A stretch of DNA of 63,749 bases, filler included, from Octopus bimaculoides (Eukaryota), in the NCBI RefSeq assembly GCF_001194135.2. It is 7 parts of 6 records of this genome, joined end to end, with 100 filler letters (N's around TTAATTAATTAA, not from the genome) between each part and the next. Parts side by side here need not be neighbours in the genome. Positions count along the whole stretch, not along the records: positions 21,809 to 32,052 come from NC_068981.1; positions 32,153 to 48,307 come from NC_069005.1; 5 more parts are not named here. One strand, 5' to 3'. This document shows, one piece after another, positions 25,960 to 38,939 of this stretch (position 1 is the stretch's first letter; every line of letters starts with the position of its first letter). The notes under the pieces were generated by a model that did no database searches, was not told the origin of the DNA, and saw only the letters and a list, made by a program, of their open reading frames with translations. A program made the translations under genes and the position numbers.

Positions 25960-26017
<58 letters not shown>

Positions 26018-26479
26018 ACTGGTAGTGAGATATTCACCTTGGCGGCGGAAATAGGAGTTCCGAAAACATATTTTCCAAATATTTCTAATGTATTTACAAG
26101 ATGGAGAAATGCGCTGGATTCAGGATGGAGACGACAAAAACGACTGTGGCACCGATGATATGTATATATACTTTTATTCTTTTACTTAAGTCATTTGACG
26201 GTGGCCACGATGCAGTACTGTCTATTAGATGTGTGTGTATGGGTAAAAGTTTTTCTAGATATACTTGATACTCTCAAAATATTTAATGAAAGATCTTGTA
26301 AATACTCTTGTGTCCGAGGAGAGTCATTCTCTTTAAGTGTTTCATTACTGTTAAAATTTATCAACTGTTTAAAAGTCATTTAGAGAATAGAATGTCACAA
26401 AGCCTTAGTCTGTATTATGTATGTAAGCGCTTTCGTTGTTGAACTTTTACAACACACGTGTTATGGGGTAATGCGTGTA

Positions 26480-26890
26480 AAGAAAGTTGTTTTTAATAAT
26501 CGGTTTGGCAATATCGGGTTTAGTTTCAGATCGAGAAGTCATATATAAAAGTGCCTTTCATAGCTGGACATTTTCGTCTTTTATTTTGTAGAAAGAGAAT
26601 ATTTTCAATGTTCCATTCGCACAAATGTTTACATGTTTATTACGTAGATCATTTCTAAAAGATGAATTTTTAGTTTACTGTTTGAGGATGTTCACACGGA
26701 TGGTGAAATTTGTTCCAGTTCCTCCAATGTAATTCTCGTCGCATTTTAGGCAAGTAATGCAGAAGATGGGACGTTTTGTTTTGAAATTCATGTTTGCATT
26801 CACTTGCAATTCCTTTAAATTCTTGATTTCGGGGGTTGTTCATTTTTCAGTTCTTTTGACAGGCCCTACAATGAGCCTCAGCACTTTGAT
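26480..26890 (-). mobile_element. Penelope-like GIY-YIG endonuclease fragment
   Basis: NFKTKRPIFCITCLKCDENYIGGTGTNFTIRV, then KHVNICANGTLKIFSFYKI. Confidence 0.85.
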
Positions 26891-27387
26891 TAAGACACAC
26901 ACATGCACACACCTCCACAACCGACACCCACATTTACACACACAAACACACAAACACACACACACACACACACACATAAATGCGGAAATGCATTGAGAAA
27001 CGTATGACAAAGCGCTCAAGGGCATGGATTACGAGAAGAAATTTCAAACAACGTTATAGTAGATATCAAAATAAATTCTTCATTCGATTCGAAACAAAAT
27101 AAACAAAACTCTGGATTAAACCAGACAGAAAGATAATATTAAGCAATGAAGAATTGTTTGAGATTATATACTTAATGGTTTGCGGAGTAAGTGGGTAACA
27201 GTATGGTTATATATATANNNNNNNNNNNNNNNNNNNNNNNNNNNNNNNNNNNNNNNNNNNNNNNNNNNNNNNNNNNNNNNNNNNNNNNNNNNNNNNNNNN
27301 NNNNNNNNNNNNNNNNNCATGAATATGCAGGATACATACATACAGATGCATACACATATATACATATACATTCACACACATTCACAA

Positions 27388-27785
27388 ACTGGATTTGGTT
27401 GCGGCAGACACATGGAAAGTCTCGATAAGATTGTTGATTCTCTTTAGCTTCAGATTAAGCTAATCTTTGATAAGAAACATTCCTCCCGTGACTATCCCAT
27501 ACATTTCCTGTGTACAGAGAATCCAGCATCATAATTTCTGATTAACTTTAGGTTGGCCGAGTTTGATATGAGGGAACTTTCTCAGCTACTTCTTTTAGGT
27601 GAAGCCTTCTTTTTGAACCTTCTTCAATTATTTTCTGAATTCTTGAAACAGTTGATGGAGCTACAGACCAATCAGTTGCTATCTTACACATTTCTACACT
27701 TTTTACCAAATTTCAATCTGAGCTCGTTTCTCATGCTTCTTCCTTGTCATTTTTATTTGGCCTCTGAAGATGAAATAGAACATGA
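27388..27785 (-). pseudogene. pogo/Tigger-like psq HTH plus CENP-B HTH relic, copy B, preceded by a splice acceptor
   Basis: MRNELRLKFGKSVEMCKIATDWSVAPSTVSRIQK (psq-type) and IKLGQPKVNQKL*CWIL..GIVTGGMFLIKD..NLIETFHVS (CENP-B-type); ctcttgacag acceptor; stops and frameshifts; no DDE domain. Confidence 0.75.
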
Positions 27786-28434
27786 CTGTCAAGAGAAATG
27801 CTTATACAGACATGATTTTTTTTGAGTTTTCTAGTGATAAATATAACATTTTGGAAAATCCAGTAATAAGTCTATTTAAATGTGCAGGAGTGACTAAAGC
27901 TTCTCAGGTTACTGTACATGCATGTATAAAATTGGGTTATCCGCATGAATGATGTTATTGTATTCTTTACAGATATATATATATGTGTATCTTTCACATG
28001 CACAGGAAATACTCAACCCCTGTTCNNNNNNNNNNNNNNNNNNNNNNNNNNNNNNNNNNNNNNNNNNNNNNNNNNNNNNNNNNNNNNNNNNNNNNNNNNN
28101 NNNNNNNNNNNNNNNNNNNNNNNNNNNNNNNNNNNNNNNNNNNNNNNNNNNNNNNNNNNNNNNNNNNNNNNNNNNNNNNNNNNNNNNNNNNNNNNNNNNN
28201 NNNNNNNNNNNNNNNNNNNNNNNNNNNNNNNNNNNNNNNNNNNNNNNNNNNNNNNNNNNNNNNNNNNNNNNNNNNNNNNNNNNNNNNNNNNNNNNNNNNN
28301 NNNNNNNNNNNNNNNNNNNNNNNNNNNNNNNNNNNNNNNNNNNNNNNNNNNNNNNNNNNNNNNNNNNNNNNNNNNNNNNNNNNNNNNNNNNNNNNNNNNN
28401 NNNNNNNNNNNNNNNNNNNNNNNNNNNNNNNNNG

Positions 28435-29470
28435 TTCACTGTGCGACCGGGTGTCTGTCTGAGGATAAACCATGAATCAATCTTATTTTATTTTTCTCAC
28501 TGATTTAGGAACTCCTATAAATGGTGTTGCCATACGTTTCCTGTTTGTTGTTATTTTTGTGGTTTCACACATTTTCCTCCAGAAGAAGTTTATGTCTTCT
28601 CGTGAAGAAGTTCCTGTGATGTTCACTGCTCCTCCTCTCATGTCTTTGTCTACTGCTGCCAGGTCCTCGATAAATTTTTCGTTTACTGTTTTTCTCTTGG
28701 TTATTCTCTTCTGATTTTGGGGTTTCTCACTGACAGATTTTAGCTCCTGCTTGAGGGCGAGCAGTTCGTAATTGAGTATTGTCATTTTGTTATCTACAAA
28801 CATCACTTCTATCTCCTTCTTCAGTTTTCGTTGGTGAGCTTTTAATACCGTGTCTGGTAGTCTTTTGCTTACTTTCATATAGAATACTCTCTCTTCGAGA
28901 GAGCGCTTCGAATTCACAGTTATTTTTTCTTGGAAAATCTTAGCAAGGGCATACTTCACCGCTATATAACCCTGACTACTATTACTACTATTACAACTAC
29001 TACAATAATAGTTGCGATTTTGCCTGCTATTTACCATAGTCGTAGTAGAGGGACAACGGTCAGTTATTTTAGCTTGTAATGTAGTCTGGCTGATGGGTGG
29101 TATAGTATCTGTTGGAATGTTATTAACTGCGAAACCACGTAGGGTTCCAACACCGTCCACGTTTTCATTTATATTGTTTGGGAGAAGAGTTCACTGTCAG
29201 TTCCAGATATTTGAAGGTTTTGTTCCGTTCGGCTACTAACTTTCTTCCTATGTCCCACAAATGTCGCTTGCTGGCGTAATTGTTTCGCAGTAAAATGATT
29301 TCGTTGTGGGTGCAGATCGTCCAATCTGATCATACATCCAACAACGGGGTTTTGTTTAGCTCTTCTATTACAATTAATAAATCTGTCCTCAATTCATAAA
29401 TCCAAGAAAATAATGAGTTTTGTGGTTACGTTTTCTTCTGTAATTACTGCTAGAAAGAATATGTTTTTCT
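28435..29470 (-). mobile_element. R4/Dong/NeSL-type LINE N-terminal region
   Basis: RAKQNPVVGCM..LHPQRNHFTAKQLRQQATFV and LKQELKSVSEKPQNQKRITKRK..REDINFFWRKM. Confidence 0.8.
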
Positions 29471-29473
29471 GCT

Positions 29474-29618
29474 GAGCTGTCAATACCAATCAGCTGCTCT
29501 CTTTCTCACACATTTCTCCATTCTCTATCAAATTTCTATCCGAGCTCGTTTCTCGAATAGAATTTCATGCTTCTTCCTCGTCTTTCATTTTGGCATCTGA
29601 AGATCAAATTGGATGTGA
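29474..29618 (-). pseudogene. pogo/Tigger psq HTH relic, copy C, with homologous upstream intron to ~29830
   Basis: Aligns by eye to 27660-27950; KTRKKHEILFEKRARIEI..RAADWY; tttttttgacag acceptor retained. Confidence 0.65.
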
Positions 29619-29763
29619 CTGTCAAAAAAAAAAATGCTGATACAGGTATGATTGTTTAGTTTTCTAGTGATAAATATAAATTTTTGGAAATCCCACTTTA
29701 CTAAAAGTAGTAAATCTACTTAAAAATTAACTTTTCTAGGTGTGGCTAAGGTCTCTGAGGTGA

Positions 29764-29808
<45 letters not shown>

Positions 29809-30499
29809 GGGTTATTCGCATGAACGATTCTAATATGTTTTTTACGAATGTGTTTACAATTTTATATATTCTACAAGTATTGCAAATCACTCACTCATGT
29901 TTAAGCTTAGTTATGATAATGCAGCCTGTCTACACCTCTTGGGTTCTGCCTTAATCAGGAAAAACACAGAGGAAATTTATTTTGATGTTTTTAAGAAATT
30001 GGCTTACTTTTTGTTTTCTAATATTTGTTGTACATATATCATTCAAAGTGACAGACTCAGAAAGGTAAGAGAATTATNNNNNNNNNNNNNNNNNNNNNNN
30101 NNNNNNNNNNNNNNNNNNNNNNNNNNNNNNNNNNNNNNNNNNNNNNNNNNNNNNNNNNNNNNNNNNNNNNNNNNNNNNNNNNNNNNNNNNNNNNNNNNNN
30201 NNNNNNNNNNNNNNNNNNNNNNNNNNNNNNNNNNNNNNNNNNNNNNNNNNNNNNNNNNNNNNNNNNNNNNNNNNNNNNNNNNNNNNNNNNNNNNNNNNNN
30301 NNNNNNNNNNNNNNNNNNNNNNNNNNNNNNNNNNNNNNNNNNNNNNNNNNNNNNNNNNNNNNNNNNNNNNNNNNNNNNNNNNNNNNNNNNNNNNNNNNNN
30401 NNNNNNNNNNNNNNNNNNNNNNNNNNNNNNNNNNNNNNNNNNNNNNNNNNNNNNNNNNNNNNNNNNNNNNNNNNNNNNNNNNNNNNNNNNNNNNNNNNN

Positions 30500-30720
30500 C
30501 TCTTCTCATCTCACTGTATACTGCTGCCTGGTTTCGCTCAAATCTTTTGATTACTGTTTTTCTCTTGGTTATTCTTTTCTGATTTCGGGGTTTGTCATTG
30601 AGAGCTTTTAGCTCCTGCTTGAGAGTGATAAGTTCGATACTGAGTGTCCTCTGTTTATCTGTTGAGCTGTTGTTTTTCTTCTGTTCCTTGGTTGTGTTGT
30701 TGTTGATGTTGTGTCCAGCC
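30500..30720 (-). mobile_element. Second R4-type N-terminal fragment
   Basis: LKQELKALNDKPRNQKRITKRKTVIKRFERNQAAVYSEMR, paralogous to 28650-28780. Confidence 0.8.
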
Positions 30721-31199
30721 ATGTTGTTTGTAGTAACTCTCGGCATGCCAAATTGAAGTCGAAAATCAATACGATCTTTAATAAAAGGCTCCTTCAGTTA
30801 ATTCATCTGAAGATTAGCTAATTATTTAACAGGGCTTCAAAGATGGAGATGGTATTCATCGTATATTCGATAAATAGTTTCCCACAGTGCCTGTTTGTAT
30901 ATATGTATGTATGCATGTGCGTATGTATGTATGTGCAGATTTGTATGTTTTATGTATGCATTCTCATGCANNNNNNNNNNNNNNNNNNNNNNNNNNNNNN
31001 NNNNNNNNNNNNNNNNNNNNNNNNNNNNNNNNNNNNNNNNNNNNNNNNNNNNNNNNNNNNNNNNNNNNNNTAGAATACATACCCAAATAAGTCGCACGAC
31101 TCTACCGCAACCTATTATCAGATGAAAGGATGAGCCTATGTGAGCGTATGATCATGCATGAATGTTAGTAGAAAGTTCCGTGATGATAGTAACATCGAT

Positions 31200-31700
31200 C
31201 ATCAAAGCACTTATTATGGACCAATAGCCGGATTGCTACCTCCGACTTTGAAGAGTATGCGTTTGTAATGCAGGATCAGGAAATATCAACTAAATATTTG
31301 ATGCACAAAAAGGATAGAGATGCAGGAAATCAGTAAAATGTGATAACCAATGCAGATTTTGTGGAGTTCACACTGAACATATCACCCACATCATAAGTAG
31401 TTATCCGAAAATATCATGATGGACACTATAATGAAATCCGTCGGAAGCATACACCCAAGAAAGAAGAAATAAGAATCTACAATATAGTAGAAGCCATAGC
31501 CACTCATAATAAAAAGGAATACTGGTAGAATATCCCAGTGAAGACCTCAATAAAATGTAAGCCTAACAGACCTGATATAATGATTTGAGGTAGAGAAGAG
31601 AAACTGTGCACAGTTGTGGAAATTAGCTGCCCAGTGGATGTTAACATAAAGCTGAAGATCAGTGAAAAAGGGAATATCTATACTGAAATATTGATAAGCT
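31200..31700 (+). mobile_element. R4/Dong-type LINE C-terminus (zinc knuckle plus restriction-like endonuclease)
   Basis: FVMQDQEISTKY, QCRFCGVHTEHITHIISS, YW*NIPVKTSIKCKPNRPDIMI*GREEKLCTVVEISCP. Confidence 0.88.
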
Positions 31701-32279
31701 AATTCGAAGATTACAAATCTAATTCATCAATGGAACTGTAAAAATCTGTAAAACTTTCCAGAAGTTTATCATTAAATATATATGAGCATGTCTAGATATG
31801 TAACTATATGTGTTATGTATTCTTTTGTTCTTTGTGGGATAATAAACAACTCACTGAAGGCATTGTTACGTTTCTACGTGTTTACTTTATTTGACATGTT
31901 TACAAACAGTGTCTATAGCGGAGTGATACACGCTGTGCGTATCTGCCTTAAACACAGTTCATACTGCTTAGTAGATGCGCTTAACAAGATAGTACTACTA
32001 GTGAAGATGTATTCATATATACGTATACCTACGCATGCACATAGATGTGAACNNNNNNNNNNNNNNNNNNNNNNNNNNNNNNNNNNNNNNNNNNNNTTAA
32101 TTAATTAANNNNNNNNNNNNNNNNNNNNNNNNNNNNNNNNNNNNNNNNNNNNGTTGAGTGGTTACATTTTCAGTCTTTTCTCTTTTTAAGTCTACATATA
32201 AACATTTTTCAGTCATTTTTTCTTTCTCCCCCTTTTTTTTTTACCAATTTCACATTAGTATTGAAAATTCTTTTACCTT

Positions 32280-32960
32280 GCTTTCTCCACGCTTTCCAGC
32301 CTCTCGTAATCCACTACAGAAGGTGCATCTTCATCCAACCAATATTCCTTTATCCATTTCAAATGATCCAAAAGTACATCCATAGATCTATCAGACTTTT
32401 CCTCTGGTATCCATATATACCTTTCTCGTCCATCTCAAATCCTTCTCTCGGCAGCTTCATTTTCACCAGTCCCTTCCATTTCTCCATCTTTTTCTCTGCG
32501 TCCACACTCTTCCTATATATTGCCAGGTAACCCTTATTTTTGTAACTCTTCTATCGTTTCTTGCGTATTTTTAGCTTCGGTTCGTTCCTTCCCTTTGTTT
32601 GACTTTTTGTTTTCTGTTGGACATTCTCTTGTCTTTGCTTTTTCTCTTCTTTTGGGGCTCATAAAGCCGTCACTCCCCTCTTTCACATCGATCCTTTCCG
32701 CATCACTTCTCTCCTCTCTCGTTTCAATTTTCCTTGCCGTCTCCTTTTCCTTTTTCTGTTCCTCCTCTTTTTCACTCAGAGTAAATTCCAGCAAGGGCCA
32801 CTGAGCCTTCGTATGGCCCAGTGCTCCGCAAATGTAACAATTAGGACGTCTTCCTTCTACCACTACACTTAGCCTTCGTCCTTTCTCAATCTCAATCTGG
32901 TAGGGGATTCGGTCTATGTTTTCAAATGTGACCAAAAGCCACATTTCGACTACGAATCCC
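32280..32960 (-). mobile_element. L1/Tx1-type ORF1 (gag-like) fragment
   Basis: LSVVVEGRRPNCYICGALGHTKAQW (CCHC knuckle with last C>W) followed by a K/E-rich tail. Confidence 0.75.
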
Positions 32961-34708
32961 CACTAGTTTCGCCTCTCCAATTGGAGAGGTAAAGAAATTT
33001 CAACACTAATGTGAAATTGGTAAAAAAAAAAAGGGGGAGAAAGAAAAAAATGACTGTGAAAAATGTTTATATGTAGACTTAAAAAGAGAAAAGACTGTGA
33101 AANNNNNNNNNNNNNNNNNNNNNNNNNNNNNNNNNNNNNNNNNNNNNNNNNNNNNNNNNNNNNNNNNNNNNNNNNNNNNNNNNNNNNNNNNNNNNNNNNN
33201 NNNNNNNNNNNNNNNNNNNNNNNNNNNNNNNNNNNNNNNNNNNNNNNNNNNNNNNNNNNNNNNNNNNNNNNNNNNNNNNNNNNNNNNNNNNNNNNNNNNN
33301 NNNNNNNNNNNNNNNNNNNNNNNNNNNNNNNNNNNNNNNNNNNNNNNNNNNNNNNNNNNNNNNNNNNNNNNNNNNNNNNNNNNNNNNNNNNNNNNNNNNN
33401 NNNNNNNNNNNNNNNNNNNNNNNNNNNNNNNNNNNNNNNNNNNNNNNNNNNNNNNNNNNNNNNNNNNNNNNNNNNNNNNNNNNNNNNNNNNNNNNNNNNN
33501 NNNNNNNNNNNNNNNNNNNNNNNNNNNNNNNNNNNNNNNNNNNNNNNNNNNNNNNNNNNNNNNNNNNNNNNNNNNNNNNNNNNNNNNNNNNNNNNNNNNN
33601 NNNNNNNNNNNNNNNNNNNNNNNNNNNNNNNNNNNNNNNNNNNNNNNNNNNNNNNNNNNNNNNNNNNNNNNNNNNNNNNNNNNNNNNNNNNNNNNNNNNN
33701 NNNNNNNNNNNNNNNNNNNNNNNNNNNNNNNNNNNNNNNNNNNNNNNNNNNNNNNNNNNNNNNNNNNNNNNNNNNNNNNNNNNNNNNNNNNNNNNNNNNN
33801 NNNNNNNNNNNNNNNNNNNNNNNNNNNNNNNNNNNNNNNNNNNNNNNNNNNNNNNNNNNNNNNNNNNNNNNNNNNNNNNNNNNNNNNNNNNNNNNNNNNN
33901 NNNNNNNNNNNNNNNNNNNNNNNNNNNNNNNNNNNNNNNNNNNNNNNNNNNNNNNNCATGTGATTGGTAAGCAAGCTACTTACCACACAGCCACTCCTGT
34001 GTATTTGTATTATGTAGGTATGTATGTTAAGTGGACAGTAATATTGATGATGTGCACTTATAGATCAAAGGCGCATACCTACACATCTCTCCACACAACG
34101 ATACAATACATAAACACACACACACACACACACACACCATAGGCACGCGCGCGTAAACACGCCATCACTCTCAAATATGATTGAAACATAAGTTACTGTC
34201 TCCATAACAGTAATGGCATGTACTTACATGTCACTGTCGTGGCTGACATGGGATGGAAGCCATCTTGACTATATTTTTCACTCCGATAAATATTTTCAAC
34301 TTCCATCGTTGGGTTTACTCTCTCTCTCTCTTTGCGTTTCGTACACACATGCACCTACTTTCTCCTCTTTCTTTCTCTCCCTTACACCCCCTCATCACTA
34401 GTATTTTTCTTTCACACACATACGCGCGCGCACATCATATATATAAATACGTATACATATTAGTATACCCGTGTCGTTAAAAAATGCTGACAGTTTTATT
34501 AACGGTAGAATATGGCACATAAAAACAGTGGAAGAAATCACTACTAAATGTCAGTAACAGAGTAAATACGTGTACATAGACAGTATTGAAGCATGTGAAT
34601 AAACAGATACAGTTGTAACATCTCGGATGATTGGCAATCCACCACTAACAGACACACTTCATCCTCTGGCTTACAGGTGTGCTCTCTCTCTCTCTCTCTC
34701 TCTATCTA

Positions 34709-34753
<45 letters not shown>

Positions 34754-35069
34754 TGATTACTATAAGTAGCCCTACTTCTCTAAGCTGGTTGGTCTCGTAT
34801 CCCTATCACCCGGACACCCGTACTTATGGCTCCACTTCTCGTCAGCTCTGACGTATTCCNNNNNNNNNNNNNNNNNNNNNNNNNNNNNNNNNNNNNNNNN
34901 NNNNNNNNNNNNNNNNNNNNNNNNNNNNNNNNNNNNNNNNNNNNNNNNNNNNNNNNNNNNNNNNNNATCTGTATCTTTATTATATTCATATTACAGCTTT
35001 CTGCCGTTTATCGTTTACTTGTTTTAGTCATTGGATTGCGGCCATGCATCACCTTCAAGGGTTTTAGTC

Positions 35070-35370
35070 TAATAAATCAACCCCAGTACTTTTTTTTCTA
35101 GGCCTGGTACTCATCGGTCTCTTCTTGCCGAAACGCGTGTTGCGAGGACATAAACAAACTAACACCAGTTTTCAAACGGTGGTGCGGAATAAGTACAACA
35201 CAGAAACACACACACACACACACACATGACAGGCTTCTTTCAGTTTCTCTCTACCAAATCCATTCACAAGGCTTTGGTCGGCTCAGGGCTATAGCAGAAG
35301 ACATTTTGTCCAAGGTGCCGTGCAGTGGGACTGATCCTAAGAGCACACGGTTGAGAAGATAACTTCTTAA
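35070..35370 (-). mobile_element. SINE family A
   Basis: Reverse copy with internal (CA)n. Confidence 0.8.
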
Positions 35371-36307
35371 ACGCAATAGCCGCATAACAATTTTACATCA
35401 TACCTATATTCTCATTGTATTCTCCCCAACATTTCAATCGTGATTTTATTACAGTTATCTCCCATGGCTGATTTTTTTTTCTTTTTCTTTTAGATTTTAA
35501 ACGTTCCTAAAGGAAGGTTTTTGTCTATGATTCACACCGATTAGGTATACATACATACATACATNNNNNNNNNNNNNNNNNNNNNNNNNNNNNNNNNNNN
35601 NNNNNNNNNNNNNNNNNNNNNNNNNNNNNNNNNNNNNNNNNNNNNNNNNNNNNNNNNNNNNNNNNNNNNNNNNNNNNNNNNNNNNNNNNNNNNNNNNNNN
35701 NNNNNNNNNNNNNNNNNNNNNNNNNNNNNNNNNNNNNNNNNNNNNNNNNNNNNNNNNNNNNNNNNNNNNNNNNNNNNNNNNNNNNNNNNNNNNNNNNNNN
35801 NNNNNNNNNNNNNNNNNNNNNNNNNNNNNNNNNNNNNNNNNNNNNNNNNNNNNNNNNNNNNNNNNNNNNNNNNNNNNNNNNNNNNNNNNNNNNNNNNNNN
35901 NNNNNNNNNNNNNNNNNNNNNNNNNNNNNNNNNNNNNNNNNNNNNNNNNNNNNNNNNNNNNNNNNNNNNNNNNNNNNNNNNNNNNNNNNNNNNNNNNNNN
36001 NNNNNNNNNNNNNNNNNNNNNNNNNNNNNNNNNNNNNNNNNNNNNNNNNNNNNNNNNNNNNNNNNNNNNNNNNNNNNNNNNNNNNNNNNNNNNNNNNNNN
36101 NNNNNNNNNNNNNNNNNNNNNNNNNNNNNNNNNNNNNNNNNNNNNNNNNNNNNNNNNNNNNNNNNNNNNNNNNNNNNNNNNNNNNNNNNNNNNNNNNNNN
36201 NNNNNNNNNNNNNNNNNNNNNNNNNNNNNNNNNNNNNNNNNNNNNNNNNNNNNNNNNNNNNNNNNNNNNNNNNNNNNNNNNNNNNNNNNNNNNNNNNNNN
36301 NNNNNNN

Positions 36308-36426
36308 AATAGATCACATCTTGTGTCTATTAAGACCGAAATTGTTCTCAACATGAAATATAGTAGGCTGCTATATTTCATGTTGAGAACAATTTTGGTC
36401 TTAATAGACACAAGATGTGATCTATT
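36308..36426. repeat. 56-bp-arm inverted repeat (hairpin)
   Basis: Arms 36308-36363 and 36371-36426 complementary with one G.T mismatch; 7-nt loop. Confidence 0.95.
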
Positions 36427-38062
36427 TCTAGCGCATTAACTGTCCACGTTAGTGGTCGACGTTATTTTTTAAAATGTACCTTAATCCCCTGAGATTGCAG
36501 ATAATATTTCTGAATCTCTTTGATTCTTTAGATGCGCTGGCCTCCTGATAGTTATTCGATATTAATTAATATATGACTAATTACCAGATTTTATAATTAT
36601 ATATATATAGAGAGAGATAGATAGATAGCTAGATAGATAGGCTATAGTAGAAGACTCTTACCTAGGATGTCACATTGTGGTGACTTAAATCGAAACAATG
36701 TGGTTGGGCAGCAAACTTCTTACCACAGCCATTTCTGCGCCTATAAAGAAACGCACTGTTCAGTTCGATATTTGAACCTACGATCAATCGAACATGAGTC
36801 TAACACGTTTACCATTAAGTTACGTGCCCTCAAAAAAAAAGGTAGGGAAATGGACACAAAACATTTAGTCGTAAAAATAAGATGACCACAGCTCAAATGC
36901 GTTTGACCTGGGGCTAAACAGCAACACACTCTTTCCTTTCTATCTGTCTGTCTGTCTCTCTCTTTCTCCCCTTCTCTTCCTTCCTCTTTTTATTTCCTCC
37001 TACTTCTTCATGTAATTTAATCTACGTCCCCCCTCTTAATCTCACTCCTATTAATCCTCTATATCGCCATTTGATTCGGCCAGTTTAGCTCCTCTATCTA
37101 CTCCTCCCCATCCATGTACACTTCATCGCCATCAATCATCTCACACACTAACGCACACAAGCACGCATACACATATACATTCCTACAGGTACGTACGCGC
37201 GCTCGCAAACACACACACACATACACACTCATACACACTCGCATACACATAGGCACAGAGTCACGCATACACACACACGCACACATACACGTTCACGCAA
37301 AAAGAGAGAGAGAGGGGGAGCAGAGAGAAAGAGAGGAAGCAGAGAGAAAGAGAGGGAGCAGAGAGAAAGAGATGGAGCAGAGAGAAAGAGAGGGAGCAGA
37401 GAGAAAGACAAAGAGAGAATGATACACTTACATATTGATCTCTCTCTCTCTCTCTCTTACACTCTCTCAACCCACATCCTGCCTACACACATACATAAAG
37501 TGATTGATCTCCCCTCTCTTTAGACTCACGCACAACGCATCCGCGCGCACATACACACACACACACACACTCACAAAGAAACGCACACACATACACACTC
37601 GCACACACATACACACTCGCACACACATACACACTCGCACGCACACACCTGTATATTGCGAGTGCGTGTGAGCAGGTGTCTGCGTTTGTCATTCGATTGT
37701 GTCGTCTGCCAACAGACAAAAAAGCCTCCCAAAATGTCTAAAGCAGACGACACCATCTACACATATATTTTATATAACGATGCCTTACAAACAGTAGATA
37801 GTTTGCGACTTTATTGAAATGACTGAATATTATTTTTTGTACTTCATAGAAGGTAAGGCTGATGAAAATATTGATATTTTTTGTCATAATGTTGTTTCTT
37901 TCTTCATTTTTGTTTCTCTTTTCTAATTAATTCTTCTTGCTTTTCTTTTTTTTTCATAGTATGTAGCGTAGATTTTTTTACATTATGCAGTTGTTGTACC
38001 TCTGCTCAAGGTGTATCTAAGCTTTCCAGTTGTGACTATCACGACTTATATATTTACACCAT

Positions 38063-38705
38063 CAGTCGTGGCTGTGTGGTAAGAAGTTTGCAGTTGGTTC
38101 CCAACTACATGATTCCGAGTTCAGTCCAACTGCGTGGCCGATCAAAGCCTTGTGAATGGATTTGATAGACGGAAACTGAAAGAAGTCCATCGTATGTTTA
38201 CGCTTTTCCCTCCGGTTTTTTGTTCTATGTGTGCCATAAATATCGCCATCCACTTTAGAAAAAAATTTGTAGTTTGGAATCAGTAGTTCTTTGACTGCTA
38301 TTTCTAAATTTTCAGTATGTTGGAGAAGCAACTCAATTGCTAATCCCTGTATATTTATAATGATAAATAATTATATATATATANNNNNNNNNNNNNNNNN
38401 NNNNNNNNNNNNNNNNNNNNNNNNNNNNNNATATATATATGTATGTATGTGTATGGGGGGTATATGTATGTGTGCATATGTATGCGTGTGTGTCTATGTT
38501 TGCATTTGACCGCCACCACTACTTGACAACCGGTCTTGGTTTGTTTACGTCACCGTAACGTAGCGGTTCAGCAAATGAGTTGATAGAATAAGTCCCCAGG
38601 CTTTAAAAAAGACGTACTAGGGGCCGATTCGTTCGACTAAAATCCCTTGAAGGTTGTGCACTAGCATGGCCGTAGTCAAGTGACTGAAACAAGTAAAAGA
38701 TAAGA
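38063..38705 (+). mobile_element. SINE family A, 5' and 3' halves separated by other sequence and a gap
   Basis: gtggctgtgtggtaagaagtttgc head at 38063; tail at 38510-38705. Confidence 0.7.
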
Positions 38706-38814
38706 TAAAAAGCTGACCAGTTGTGACCATCACGACTTTATTTTATTTATTTACTGTGCCTATCGTAGAAAGGATTTATCTCTTTATTTCCACCATCATC
38801 CCGGTACATTGTTT

Positions 38815-38939
38815 GGCGGAGGTAAAGAATACGTACACCACTCGTTTTTCTGCGTAACAAAAGCCCTAAACCTTAACCCTAAACCCTAACCCTAAACTCT
38901 AACCCTAAACACCGAGTGTACGTATTCTTTACTTTCGCC
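38815..38939. mobile_element. 125-bp MITE (Merlin- or hAT-like) with internal (CCCTAA/CCCTAAA)n
   Basis: 24-bp TIRs, 22/24 matching, starting GG; 8-bp TSD cattgttt at 38807-38814 and 38940-38947. Confidence 0.88.

Noticed and set aside
26195-26379. Minus ORF NETLKENDSPRTQEYLQDL resembling the start of a SEA domain
   Set aside because: Open only in phase 0 or 2 after the available acceptors, whereas the SEA module starts in phase 1; donors are weak.
34227-34310. Minus GTAAGT donor with upstream MEVENIYRSEKYSQDGF (cytoplasmic-tail-like)
   Set aside because: Upstream sequence is purine-rich microsatellite with no acceptor.
37836-37857. Plus-strand 3-nt microexon-like signal (ttcatag|AAG|gtaagg)
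   Set aside because: No supporting gene context; such short matches occur by chance.
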